Of a stretch of DNA of 64,000 nt, positions 1-8,197 are shown one piece after another. A program made the position numbers and the translations under genes. Under the pieces are notes generated by a model. The model did no database searches. It was not told where the DNA came from and saw only the letters and a program-made list of their open reading frames with translations. Source of the stretch: a virus (Duplodnaviria > Caudoviricetes); IMG/VR virus record IMGVR_UViG_3300049988_000124, positions 96,001 to 160,000 of that record. One strand, given 5' to 3'. The number at the start of each line of letters is the position of its first letter. Position 1 is the stretch's first letter.

Positions 1-11
1 CTAGTCATGGT

Positions 12-350
12 CTACCTACCTGGATTGAGCCATCTATCCCTCAAGAACGCCGATGCAGTACTAGCGACGATGGGTACCGTCTCTGACTGCCACGAATCCA
101 CCCGCGTCACTTTGTGAGTTGGATAGCCGCTCTTGTACCGCTCGCTGGTTACCACGCCGTCCTTGATCACCCGGAAGTGGATATGACCACAGCGGGGACA
201 CTGGATTTCATGATTACCATCGAGGTCGTGGTTGATGGTGGCGATGAACTTGTCAGGGAGTCCTTGCTCACGACATCCGTGACAGTCCATGTCGGTCCGA
301 ATGAGACCGGAGCGCTTTAGCAGCGCACTGAGTTCACCCAGAGCAGGCAT
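12..350 (-). CDS. Small zinc-ribbon protein
   Basis: 112 aa with CHGC and CPRC Cys pairs; start overlaps the stop of the upstream gene (ATGA coupling at 350). Confidence 0.65.
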   Translation of the reverse strand: MPALGELSALLKRSGLIRTDMDCHGCREQGLPDKFIATINHDLDGNHEIQCPRCGHIHFRVIKDGVVTSERYKSGYPTHKVTRVDSWQSETVPIVASTASAFLRDRWLNPGR

Positions 351-862
351 CAGGGACGCAGTCCGCCGACTGCATGCTTCAGCTTACCCCAGATCGTCTT
401 CGCCGTCGAGCCGACTGGCTCCTCGGTCACGCCGGAGCGATCGAGCACGTCCTTCCTGGAGAGTGCCTCCGCCACGCGCAGCTGAAGCGACTCAGCCATC
501 CGCTGCGCTGCTGTGAAGTTATCCCCCACGTTAGCGAGAACCGGATAGGGCCGCTCGATCTGGCGCATGACCTTGTCCCAGGGCATGGGCGTCTTGTCGT
601 GCCAGGTCCACTTGACCGTGTCCGCCGCCTTCTTCTTGGGATCGTAGCTGAAGGTCTTCTCGAACTCCTTCAGCGGCATGGCGTGAGGGTAATAGACGGG
701 CGAACCTGGATCCTTGAAATCATAGATCTCGTAGATCACTCGGTCGTTCTCGTCGATGTCCTTCACGTAGATGAGCGAGCCATCCTCATGCTCTGCCCAA
801 CATCCGCGAGCAAGTTTGTCGCGGTTCTTCGGGTCTGCGCCCGGAACGGTATCAGTACTCAT
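350..862 (-). CDS. Hypothetical phage protein
   Basis: 170 aa, AAGGGA Shine-Dalgarno upstream of ATG, in the minus-strand operon. Confidence 0.75.
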   Translation of the reverse strand: MSTDTVPGADPKNRDKLARGCWAEHEDGSLIYVKDIDENDRVIYEIYDFKDPGSPVYYPHAMPLKEFEKTFSYDPKKKAADTVKWTWHDKTPMPWDKVMRQIERPYPVLANVGDNFTAAQRMAESLQLRVAEALSRKDVLDRSGVTEEPVGSTAKTIWGKLKHAVGGLRP

Positions 863-872
863 TGGAGTCCCT

Positions 873-1439
873 TTATGTTCGTCTAGTACCTCTTAGGATA
901 CTTGAAACAAGTTGATGGGAAACACCAAACTCTCTGGCCAATCCACGAGTTGAATCTTTACCGACGACTCGTTGTTTTCCTGAAAGTTTAGCTTCTTGAA
1001 GAGCAACATCGTACCGACTCTTAATCAGTTCGACATCTTTTTCTAACAAAACACACGAAGTGGAAGCTTCACCTTTTGGCATGGCTTTTAATCCGGTGTC
1101 GTGAGCATGCTGAGTGTTTTCAGAAGGCGTACAAGCTTCTAAGTTTTCAAAGTTGTTTTTGGAAGTGTCACCATTTTTGTGGTTTACTTGATGACCAGTT
1201 GGTATTGGTCCGTTGTGAACCAAATGGACTAAACGGTGCTTAGAAGAGTATCTAACTACGCCGTCTTCGTCTTTGCCTTCTATTCCAATGTATCTCTTTG
1301 ATCCCTTATTTTCAAATACCCATTCTTGTTTTAGATTAGACCAAATTCTTCCTTCAGGGGTTACTTGCCAGACTCCCGTTTCGACAAGATTTAGAAAGAA
1401 GTTGTCATTCTTTCCCCAGTCCTCTGAACTGACACCCAC
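873..1439 (-). CDS. Free-standing HNH homing endonuclease
   Basis: HRLVHLVHNGPIP..QVNHKNGDTSKNNFENLE..T.SEN..HA motif typical of phage HNH endonucleases, plus a C-terminal HTH-like segment (LAREFGVSHQLVSSIL). Visibly more AT-rich than its neighbours. Confidence 0.9.
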   Translation of the reverse strand: MGVSSEDWGKNDNFFLNLVETGVWQVTPEGRIWSNLKQEWVFENKGSKRYIGIEGKDEDGVVRYSSKHRLVHLVHNGPIPTGHQVNHKNGDTSKNNFENLEACTPSENTQHAHDTGLKAMPKGEASTSCVLLEKDVELIKSRYDVALQEAKLSGKQRVVGKDSTRGLAREFGVSHQLVSSILRGTRRT

Positions 1440-1522
1440 GACAAACTAACTCACTCTACCGGTATCTGTCGCCATTGTTAGATCCCTTCTCTAAATTCCT
1501 GCACCTTTGATTGACGTCAGTA

Positions 1523-1723
1523 CTAGTTTGCGTAGACCGCCTCGATAACCTCTGCCTTACGCAAACTGATCTTAACTCGCTCGATGTGCTGTGGATTGCA
1601 ATTTCCCTTTCTCGATTCGATCTCGTTTGCCCAAGCTTCCGGATCGATGATCGACGCCACGGTCTCCTTCTTGGTGAGCGTAGGGACTTGCGCTGCTTCT
1701 TCGCGGATAGTATCCGTCGCCAT
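1523..1723 (-). CDS. Small hypothetical protein
   Basis: 66 aa; strong SD (GAGGTAAGGGAG) upstream. Confidence 0.65.
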   Translation of the reverse strand: MATDTIREEAAQVPTLTKKETVASIIDPEAWANEIESRKGNCNPQHIERVKISLRKAEVIEAVYAN

Positions 1724-1778
1724 TGTTGAAACTCCCTTACCTCTTGTTCATAACTAGGTCAGGCTGAGGGTTTAAATT

Positions 1779-2363
1779 TCAGACCGTGACCTTCTTGGAA
1801 TCGGTTACCCGCTTCATCTCACTGTCGGAGGTGAGCTGTGGTACGGCCGCGACCTTTGTTATCCGAGCATCGAGGAAGTTAGCGATGATCCCCATGTAGG
1901 CACCAGCATCCAGCCCGAAGTACAAAGGATCCGTGAGGATAGCCTCCTGCTCTGCTCGCCGCTGATTCTCGCGTTCCTTCAGGTTGTGTGCGTGCCTGGC
2001 GGGAAGATCTTCCATCTCCTTGGGGTGGGCGATGCGGTACCGGATACCATCGAGGGTAATGAACGTAGGCTCGTAGTAGCCTGCATCCTCACCGTCACTC
2101 TCGACCCAATCACGGGTCCGCTCGACAGTGGATTCACCGCCGAGATCGATCTTGTGGATCTTGTTCTGACAGCCGTACTGGCTCTGGTACTTGAGCTGGA
2201 CCATTCCGCTCTTGATCGGCTTGATCTTCTCGATGATGATAGAACCGCTCATGTACCGGCTAGCACCGCGCATCGGATATCGACCAAGGGAAATCTTGTC
2301 ACCCTTCTGACACAGACGAAGGGGAATGTTTTCCTTGATCTTCCTGATGAGTTTCTGTTCCAT
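1779..2363 (-). CDS. Hypothetical protein
   Basis: 194 aa ORF packed in the operon; no recognisable motif. Confidence 0.7.
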   Translation of the reverse strand: MEQKLIRKIKENIPLRLCQKGDKISLGRYPMRGASRYMSGSIIIEKIKPIKSGMVQLKYQSQYGCQNKIHKIDLGGESTVERTRDWVESDGEDAGYYEPTFITLDGIRYRIAHPKEMEDLPARHAHNLKERENQRRAEQEAILTDPLYFGLDAGAYMGIIANFLDARITKVAAVPQLTSDSEMKRVTDSKKVTV

Positions 2364-2377
2364 GACTAAATACCTTT

Positions 2378-3640
2378 CTATTGCTGTTGTTGGTGAAGTT
2401 CCCTCTGATGTGCCTCGACCGCAGTCACCCCGCCAGCTAACAGGAGCTTACGGGTCGTAGAACCGGAGATGGGATAGAAATAAGGAAGCGAGTACGTGGA
2501 CGGATCAACGTCGAACAGTTTAGCCATACCCTCGAACTCAGGTTTTCCTCCGAAAGTGACTTCTACGATCTTGTCGAAACGTCCTGGACGACGCAGCGCT
2601 GGATCAAGCTTTTCCAGATGATTGGTCGTCGCAATGATGATCAGCCCGTCGGGGGTGAGTAGTCCGTCGATACTGTTCAGGAGCGCTGACAAGGTAATGC
2701 CGTTTGCCGTTACGCGCTTTTGTTCCGCATCCTCATCCTCATCACGCTTCAAGGGTACGCCGCTGGCGTCGATATCTTCGATCACTAGAAAAGCGGTGGA
2801 CCAGTCGATCACCCCCGACAAGAGAGAGGACAGTTCGTTCACCTTGTTCAAGGTTAGGTAGAAGATCCGCCTACCGGTCTCTGATGCAATCGCGTGAATG
2901 AGCGACGACTTACCCGTACCAGGAGGTCCTGGCAGAAGGATACCGGTGTGGTTGGGTAGACCTTTGGCTAGATTGAACTCTCGCTTGCTCTCAAAATCCC
3001 TGACGAAGTCGACCAGTTCCTGACCCAAGTTATTGGGCAGAAAGATCGTGTCAATAGAGCGAAGTGGTAGGAGAATGCTGTTGCCCCATTTGTCCTGAGG
3101 AACGTTAGCACGAACGCGGACACCTGGTTCATCGACCTGCTTTGCCTCCACGAAGGCATCCATCTCATCTTTGAAATCAGCGATCAACGCTTTGGAATTG
3201 GTGATGAAGTTACAGGTGCAATATTCCTTAAACTTCTCCGACTGATTAGCAGTATCCTGCCGCCGGTAGATGATCACCAACCTTCGCTTGTAAAAACCAA
3301 TGTGAATACCGTAGCCGATCTCGATGTTGCGACTGGCTAATTCCGTTCGTCTGCGGCCACCAGGAAGTATGGTGACTTTCTCCGTTGACGAGAAAACGTA
3401 GTTGCGACTGAACCGATCACTGATGATCGTGTTGGTGATATACTCCATCGCCTCAGTAAAGATCAGCTGATCACTGTTGAAGCGCACCGTGAGTGTGGAC
3501 CGCCGTTTAATCCACAACCAGATGCGTAACGGAATTTGTCTGATGGTGTAGGTGATTAGGGCTGCGGGCATCGCCAGAATAGCCGCTGAGGCGAACTGAT
3601 TCGTCTTCAGCTGCGTGACGATGAAATCCCATAAACTCAT
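2378..3640 (-). CDS. BCS1-like AAA+ ATPase
   Basis: Walker A GPPGTGKS, Walker B FLVIEDID, ITLSALLNSIDG, IATTNHLEKLDPALRRPGRFD; N-terminal hydrophobic anchor and BCS1_N-like region. Confidence 0.85.
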   Translation of the reverse strand: MSLWDFIVTQLKTNQFASAAILAMPAALITYTIRQIPLRIWLWIKRRSTLTVRFNSDQLIFTEAMEYITNTIISDRFSRNYVFSSTEKVTILPGGRRRTELASRNIEIGYGIHIGFYKRRLVIIYRRQDTANQSEKFKEYCTCNFITNSKALIADFKDEMDAFVEAKQVDEPGVRVRANVPQDKWGNSILLPLRSIDTIFLPNNLGQELVDFVRDFESKREFNLAKGLPNHTGILLPGPPGTGKSSLIHAIASETGRRIFYLTLNKVNELSSLLSGVIDWSTAFLVIEDIDASGVPLKRDEDEDAEQKRVTANGITLSALLNSIDGLLTPDGLIIIATTNHLEKLDPALRRPGRFDKIVEVTFGGKPEFEGMAKLFDVDPSTYSLPYFYPISGSTTRKLLLAGGVTAVEAHQRELHQQQQ

Positions 3641-3655
3641 GGAGTCCTCCTTTAT

Positions 3656-4003
3656 CTAGAACTCGTTGTAAGACTCGTCGCCGATGGTTTCACGAGTAAA
3701 GACCACCGGGACGCGTGCTGCAAAGGATTCACCGTATACCTGGTAGAGATAGTGCCAGAATAGCAAGAGATCTTGACCACGCCTGGCCCAGAGTGATCCG
3801 CAGTGGTAGCGGAACATCTCAGGGTTATAGCTCTCAAGATGTGCCTTTACCTTGTCGACGTAGTCGAGGTCATCGGTCTCAGCGGCTTCATCACAGTACA
3901 CCACATCACTATTAGTAAGCATTGCAGCAGACGTAATAAAGTCTTTTATCTCTGGCACCCTCTCGATGTTGGCAACACACCGGTAGTATTTGTCGTGGCG
4001 CAT
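3656..4003 (-). CDS. Hypothetical protein
   Basis: 115 aa, translationally coupled to the upstream gene at 4003. Confidence 0.7.
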   Translation of the reverse strand: MRHDKYYRCVANIERVPEIKDFITSAAMLTNSDVVYCDEAAETDDLDYVDKVKAHLESYNPEMFRYHCGSLWARRGQDLLLFWHYLYQVYGESFAARVPVVFTRETIGDESYNEF

Positions 4004-4521
4004 TACTTGTTCGCCCTCTCTTGCTTGCGAAGGACACGCTCCTGATGGGCAAGGCGGTCATACCCGGCCTCCAAGCGCTGCCTCATCTCGTAAGGTGCGT
4101 AACAGACAACGTGGGCGTCGAACTCGGGGCGTTCTTTCAAGTACATCCGAGTCTTACTCGTTCCAGCAACAGCTGCCTCAATGTGACTGATCCGGTCAGC
4201 GACCTTCAGCCTAGCAGCCTCCGGTCTCACGATCAGTCTGTTGTACATGTCGGCATTGCGCCAGCGCCTGAACTTACCCACGCCGTAGCAGGCGTGAACG
4301 GTTGCCCTTACCCATTCCCCGAAGAGACTCCGCAAGGTGTCCTCTGCTACGCCGGGTTCCTCAGGTGTGTCGTGAACCCAACCAGCATCCGACCACCTAC
4401 CGGTGAAACCGAAGTCAGCTAGGATCCCGACTACGTCGCGCAAGTGGTGCCAGTAGGGAACCTCTCCGTACATCTGACCGAGATGGGCATTCTTGGCAAA
4501 TTCTTCTGCGGTGATGTGCAT
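4003..4521 (-). CDS. HD-domain protein, RelA/SpoT/Mesh1-like small alarmone hydrolase family
   Basis: FAKNAHLGQ..GEVPYWHHL..V, AGWVHDTPEE and LKVADR match the HD_4 family layout. Confidence 0.8.
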   Translation of the reverse strand: MHITAEEFAKNAHLGQMYGEVPYWHHLRDVVGILADFGFTGRWSDAGWVHDTPEEPGVAEDTLRSLFGEWVRATVHACYGVGKFRRWRNADMYNRLIVRPEAARLKVADRISHIEAAVAGTSKTRMYLKERPEFDAHVVCYAPYEMRQRLEAGYDRLAHQERVLRKQERANK

Positions 4522-4545
4522 GAGTTTTTCCCTTTCTCTCGTTAC

Positions 4546-5388
4546 TCAGCTGAGCATCGCCTCCAGCTTACCAATGGCAGTGGGGGCGAGATCTTCCAGC
4601 TCATCAATCTTGTCGCCGACCTGGTAGAATCGACTTACATCATGCCCGATACCGATGGCATCGAGGTAAATGTCACCGTCTTGATCAATTTGATTGACGA
4701 CCTGGGAAAGATGGTTAATGAGATAACTGAACGTAGTGTTCATTGGTTCGTATACGGTGTGACCTTTGTTATCCTTCCTACCACTGTTTCGCTCAGTAGT
4801 GGACTGGTCGACCGGTTCGCCGTCGGAGATAACCAAGAGAATGCGCCGCTTTGCGTCTTGTTGACGAAGACGACCCGCCGCCCACTCAAGTGCTTCTCCG
4901 TCGATGTTTTCCTTGAGGAGACCCTCGCGCAACATCAAGGCAAGGTTGTTGCGAACATCGGAGAGTTGTTCGTCGAACTCCTTGTAGACGATGTGACGAA
5001 GCACATTTAGTCGTCCAGGATTATCAGGCTTACCCTCGGAGATCCATTTCTCACGAGCATCTCCGCCCTTCCATGCCTTGGTGGTGAAACCAAGAATCTC
5101 ATTGGGAATACCCATGCGATCAAGGTACATGGAGATGATTCCGACCACGCCAACGGCGAATATAATCCGCCGTCCCCGCATGGAACCTGAGTTGTCGACG
5201 AGGAGAGTGACCACCGTCTTCTCAGATGGTACGACCATCTTGTCCAGCCGCTCGCGCAGTGGTTCAAAGTCGTCAACTGGGCATATGGTGTGAAAGGACT
5301 CGGCAAGACTAGCCAGTTCTTCTGGACTGCTGAGATCAAGTGGTCGAACGACCTCATCGAACTCTGTCGTATAGATCTTGTAATCCAT
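4546..5388 (-). CDS. cobT: Stand-alone CobT C-terminal vWA domain (truncated cobaltochelatase CobT)
   Basis: DYKIYTTEFDE, TVVTLLVDNSGSMRGR, EILGFTTKAWKGG, PGRLNVLRHIVYK, LLKENIDGEAL and RRILLVISDGEPVD are diagnostic of the alphaproteobacterial CobT C-terminus; the N-terminal half is absent. Confidence 0.85.
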   Translation of the reverse strand: MDYKIYTTEFDEVVRPLDLSSPEELASLAESFHTICPVDDFEPLRERLDKMVVPSEKTVVTLLVDNSGSMRGRRIIFAVGVVGIISMYLDRMGIPNEILGFTTKAWKGGDAREKWISEGKPDNPGRLNVLRHIVYKEFDEQLSDVRNNLALMLREGLLKENIDGEALEWAAGRLRQQDAKRRILLVISDGEPVDQSTTERNSGRKDNKGHTVYEPMNTTFSYLINHLSQVVNQIDQDGDIYLDAIGIGHDVSRFYQVGDKIDELEDLAPTAIGKLEAMLS

Positions 5389-5399
5389 GTCTTAACCTC

Positions 5400-5921
5400 C
5401 TAACAGACGTAGTCGTCTTCGAAGAAACCGAAGTCATTCTCATCCTCACGCATGGGAGGAGAGAAAACGTTCGTCACGAAGTCAGCTGAAGTATCGATGT
5501 GAATCATGCGATTGGAATAGGACGTTTGAGCCATCTCCGCTTTGTCGTAGTGCCCTTTACTACTACTCCGATTAGCGAGCGCTTCTTGTCTTTCTGATTT
5601 GGTCCACTTGTGACCACAGTAACGATGTCCACCGAAGTGAGGATTGTAACGCCGCGCAAGCTGCTTTAGGCGACGAAGGGATGTCATAGGCAACCAGCGC
5701 TCCTGCCGCTTGCGACCATGAAACTTGGGCACGTGCCACCTGCCCTTATAATCACACAAGACAAGTTCATCGTCCCGCATGATCTTAACATGTTGACCTA
5801 CTGTGATGATCTGAACCCGGTCTTCATCGATCCGCCGCCAAACACGAGCAGGAGTAAATCCAGCTCGGTCTTTCTCGAGGACAACATCGTTGCGTCTGAG
5901 TTTACGTGGTTGTTCGATCAT
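5400..5921 (-). CDS. Hypothetical basic protein
   Basis: 173 aa, ATGA-coupled to the upstream gene. Confidence 0.65.
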   Translation of the reverse strand: MIEQPRKLRRNDVVLEKDRAGFTPARVWRRIDEDRVQIITVGQHVKIMRDDELVLCDYKGRWHVPKFHGRKRQERWLPMTSLRRLKQLARRYNPHFGGHRYCGHKWTKSERQEALANRSSSKGHYDKAEMAQTSYSNRMIHIDTSADFVTNVFSPPMREDENDFGFFEDDYVC

Positions 5922-6289
5922 GGTTCTACTTCCTTTTGTCGAATGAGCTCATTGTCTAACCAAGTAGAGCGTACGCTGAGTGGACGAGATGCTGACTTCT
6001 TATCTACCAGGGGCGTACCGTCTTTGTCAACGACACGAAAGCCGCTCTTGTCAATGAGAAAGATACCGACCATCGATTCCTCCACGGTCGTGTCAGTAGC
6101 CGGTATATCTTTCTTAATGTCGATGTCGAGGATACGAGGTGGTCGCATCCAGAAAGGTGTAGTACCAGGATCACGCAGATTGGCCTTGTCACCCCAGTTA
6201 GGTCTCAACCAGAATGCACTGGGAACATCGCGCGCTACTTGACGCTCTAGGCGCTCAGTAGCAGTTCCCTCATCATCAAGGACGCCCAT
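5918..6289 (-). CDS. Hypothetical protein
   Basis: 123 aa, coupled on both sides. Confidence 0.65.
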   Translation of the reverse strand: MGVLDDEGTATERLERQVARDVPSAFWLRPNWGDKANLRDPGTTPFWMRPPRILDIDIKKDIPATDTTVEESMVGIFLIDKSGFRVVDKDGTPLVDKKSASRPLSVRSTWLDNELIRQKEVEP

Positions 6290-6546
6290 CAGGGCTCTTT
6301 CTGATTGATACCAAAGCGACGATCGATGTCACTGGTGCTGGCCAGGCGAATGTCGGTGAGCTCACCCCTCGTGATCTTCCCATCACGATTGGCGATATGG
6401 TAGGCCAAGGCTCCGGCTGGACCTTGACGGGCCAGGACGTCTGCGTCCCGGTACCCTTTGTCGTTCACTTCGATCTGATTGTAGATCCAAGGCAGGTTGA
6501 CGATGATCAACCCACCCAGGAGAATAGCAAGGATGATTTTCTTCAT
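6289..6546 (-). CDS. Small membrane-anchored or secreted protein
   Basis: N-terminal MKKIILAILLGGLIIVNLPWI hydrophobic segment. Confidence 0.7.
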   Translation of the reverse strand: MKKIILAILLGGLIIVNLPWIYNQIEVNDKGYRDADVLARQGPAGALAYHIANRDGKITRGELTDIRLASTSDIDRRFGINQKEP

Positions 6547-6558
6547 GGTAAATCCTTC

Positions 6559-6906
6559 CTAGATGTTGAAACCCTGCGATCGACACAGACGCACGAGCTC
6601 TTCGAAGATTGCTTCGATTGCGTAAGATTCGACTTCCTTGTCGTAACCGATGTCCATGTATTCTCTGACGATTTGCCAGACGTGAACCGACTCGTGGACC
6701 AGAGACAGTCTGATCTCATCGGGTGGTTCGGCCGGATCGATAAATACCAGAACTCGATTATTGACAACGACACTACAAACAGAGCCCGATAGAGCTTTGT
6801 CAGTCAGGTCCAGTTCATGGCCGCTGTCTTTGGCGTACTGCTTATACTCCGCCCGCGACGTGAAGAGCGTGAGCGTCACAGGGGCGGTGATCAACGAAAG
6901 CGGCAA
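6559..6906 (-). CDS. Small HExxH zincin-like protein
   Basis: SLVHESVHVWQ followed by EVESYAIE (third ligand candidate); TTG start with AGAGGA SD. Confidence 0.6.
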   Translation of the reverse strand: MPLSLITAPVTLTLFTSRAEYKQYAKDSGHELDLTDKALSGSVCSVVVNNRVLVFIDPAEPPDEIRLSLVHESVHVWQIVREYMDIGYDKEVESYAIEAIFEELVRLCRSQGFNI

Positions 6907-7087
6907 GGTCTCGTTCCTCTTCTACTTGTTCGAGATGATGGATCTCGCACTCTAGACGAGCCAGTGATACGGCACGGACTACGAAAGCAGCCTCGGTTGG
7001 GCCGTAGTAGGAGTCGCTCCATACTCCGTGCATGAACCAAAGGTCGTCTAGTTTGCGGCGAGTTGCAAAAGCACGCGTGTCAGGCAT
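6842..7087 (-). CDS. Hypothetical protein
   Basis: 81 aa, coupled to the upstream stop at 7087; 3' end overlaps the next gene by 65 nt. Confidence 0.5.
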   Translation of the reverse strand: MPDTRAFATRRKLDDLWFMHGVWSDSYYGPTEAAFVVRAVSLARLECEIHHLEQVEEERDLAAFVDHRPCDAHALHVAGGV

Positions 7088-7479
7088 CAGCTACGCGTCG
7101 TCCGTGCTGCTTCTTCCTGCTCAATCGTCGGTAGTGGAATGTCGATGACATAGTCCCAGTGATCCATTTTGCCGAGCGGCTTCATGCACGTTCCCACCTC
7201 GTCACTGCGATACCAGCACAGCTCTTTTGCGCTCCACTGAGCAACCATCCATGAGCCGTTATCAGCACTACCACTCAGTTGCGGGTTGAACTTCAGCCAG
7301 TGATGACCACAATGACGGATGTGTGATCCAGGCGGGATCGGTTCGTGAGCAGCCTTGCGCTCGGCAATCAGCCGATTGTAATTACCCGGCTGCAAGAGGT
7401 TAGCGCCCGTGATCTCCTCGAGCTCTTCCTTCTTTGTCCCCTTGAGGCTGGTAAGGTGTGCTGCTAGTCCTGCCTTCAT
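7087..7479 (-). CDS. Hypothetical protein
   Basis: 130 aa, Trp-rich C-terminal half, coupled genes. Confidence 0.7.
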   Translation of the reverse strand: MKAGLAAHLTSLKGTKKEELEEITGANLLQPGNYNRLIAERKAAHEPIPPGSHIRHCGHHWLKFNPQLSGSADNGSWMVAQWSAKELCWYRSDEVGTCMKPLGKMDHWDYVIDIPLPTIEQEEAARTTRS

Positions 7480-7844
7480 GACGGCTTCTCCACTTCGTTG
7501 ACGGAGTTATACTGAACGTATCCCTGGAAATTACCCTCGCACAAAGTCAAGACTCTGACCGTCACCGTCGGAGTCCGGCGTCGCACGAGTTGGACGAAAG
7601 GTTCGCCCATCATGAAGCCATCGAGAATGGCAATGAGATTGTAGCGCGAGTCTCCAGGCTTGCCTTCATTTGCGAAAACAAGCTCGACATTCTTACTATC
7701 TCGAAAGTTACCATCGATCGCGTTGATGATCTTCGTGATGTCGGAATCTTCCACCCGTTTCAGGAGGTCGAGAATCTCCCTGGACACGTTGATTCCCTTA
7801 ACGATCTTGCGCAGTTCTGCGCGGTCTTCTGCTTCGGTGTTCAT
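7476..7844 (-). CDS. Hypothetical protein
   Basis: 122 aa; AGAAGGG SD and TTTTTACAC-ATG start. Confidence 0.7.
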   Translation of the reverse strand: MNTEAEDRAELRKIVKGINVSREILDLLKRVEDSDITKIINAIDGNFRDSKNVELVFANEGKPGDSRYNLIAILDGFMMGEPFVQLVRRRTPTVTVRVLTLCEGNFQGYVQYNSVNEVEKPS

Positions 7845-7858
7845 GTGTAAAAACCCTT

Positions 7859-8197
7859 CTACTGATTGGGGTCGATCCCCTCGACGGCAGTAAAGAGCCG
7901 CTTCCTGGTCTTGGCGTGGAGGAGGAGCTTCAGGGCCGACGTGATCTCCTCGTCCATGACTTCCTCAGCGATCCGCTCGAGACGCTTGGTGAAGCTCTCG
8001 GACAAGATAAGCTCTTCGACGTGCTTCCTGATGATCTCGTGGGCGAGACCCTCGGTGTGACCCTGGTATTGACCCGAGTCGAACAGATTGCGGACCGAAC
8101 GCCTGGCGGCCTGGAGAACTTCGCTCTCGAAGAGGGCCTCAGCCTCCTTCTGGGCCTTTGTAAGTGCGGTCGACATATCGAACTGGACGTTTTGCAT
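7859..8197 (-). CDS. Hypothetical helical protein
   Basis: 112 aa in the operon; AAAGGA SD. Confidence 0.7.
   Translation of the reverse strand: MQNVQFDMSTALTKAQKEAEALFESEVLQAARRSVRNLFDSGQYQGHTEGLAHEIIRKHVEELILSESFTKRLERIAEEVMDEEITSALKLLLHAKTRKRLFTAVEGIDPNQ

Noticed and set aside
1446-1448. Genome-wide TAG (amber) recoding suggested by the in-frame TAG before the HNH gene
   Set aside because: Many genes end cleanly in TAG with the next gene's SD right after (for example 12, 873, 2378, 3656, 6559), and all core genes are intact under the standard code; no suppressor tRNA was seen.
862-1500. Group I intron carrying the HNH gene
   Set aside because: The downstream gene has its own SD and ATG, and the non-coding flanks are too short for an intron core; no P7-like elements were recognised.
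2378-5388. BCS1-like ATPase and CobT fragment as a CobS/CobT pair
   Set aside because: The ATPase is classical BCS1-type, not MoxR/CobS-type, and two other genes intervene.
6559-7087. Programmed frameshift or read-through joining the 81-aa ORF and the HExxH ORF
   Set aside because: The HExxH frame has several upstream stops and its own AGAGGA SD with TTG start; no slippery sequence was seen.
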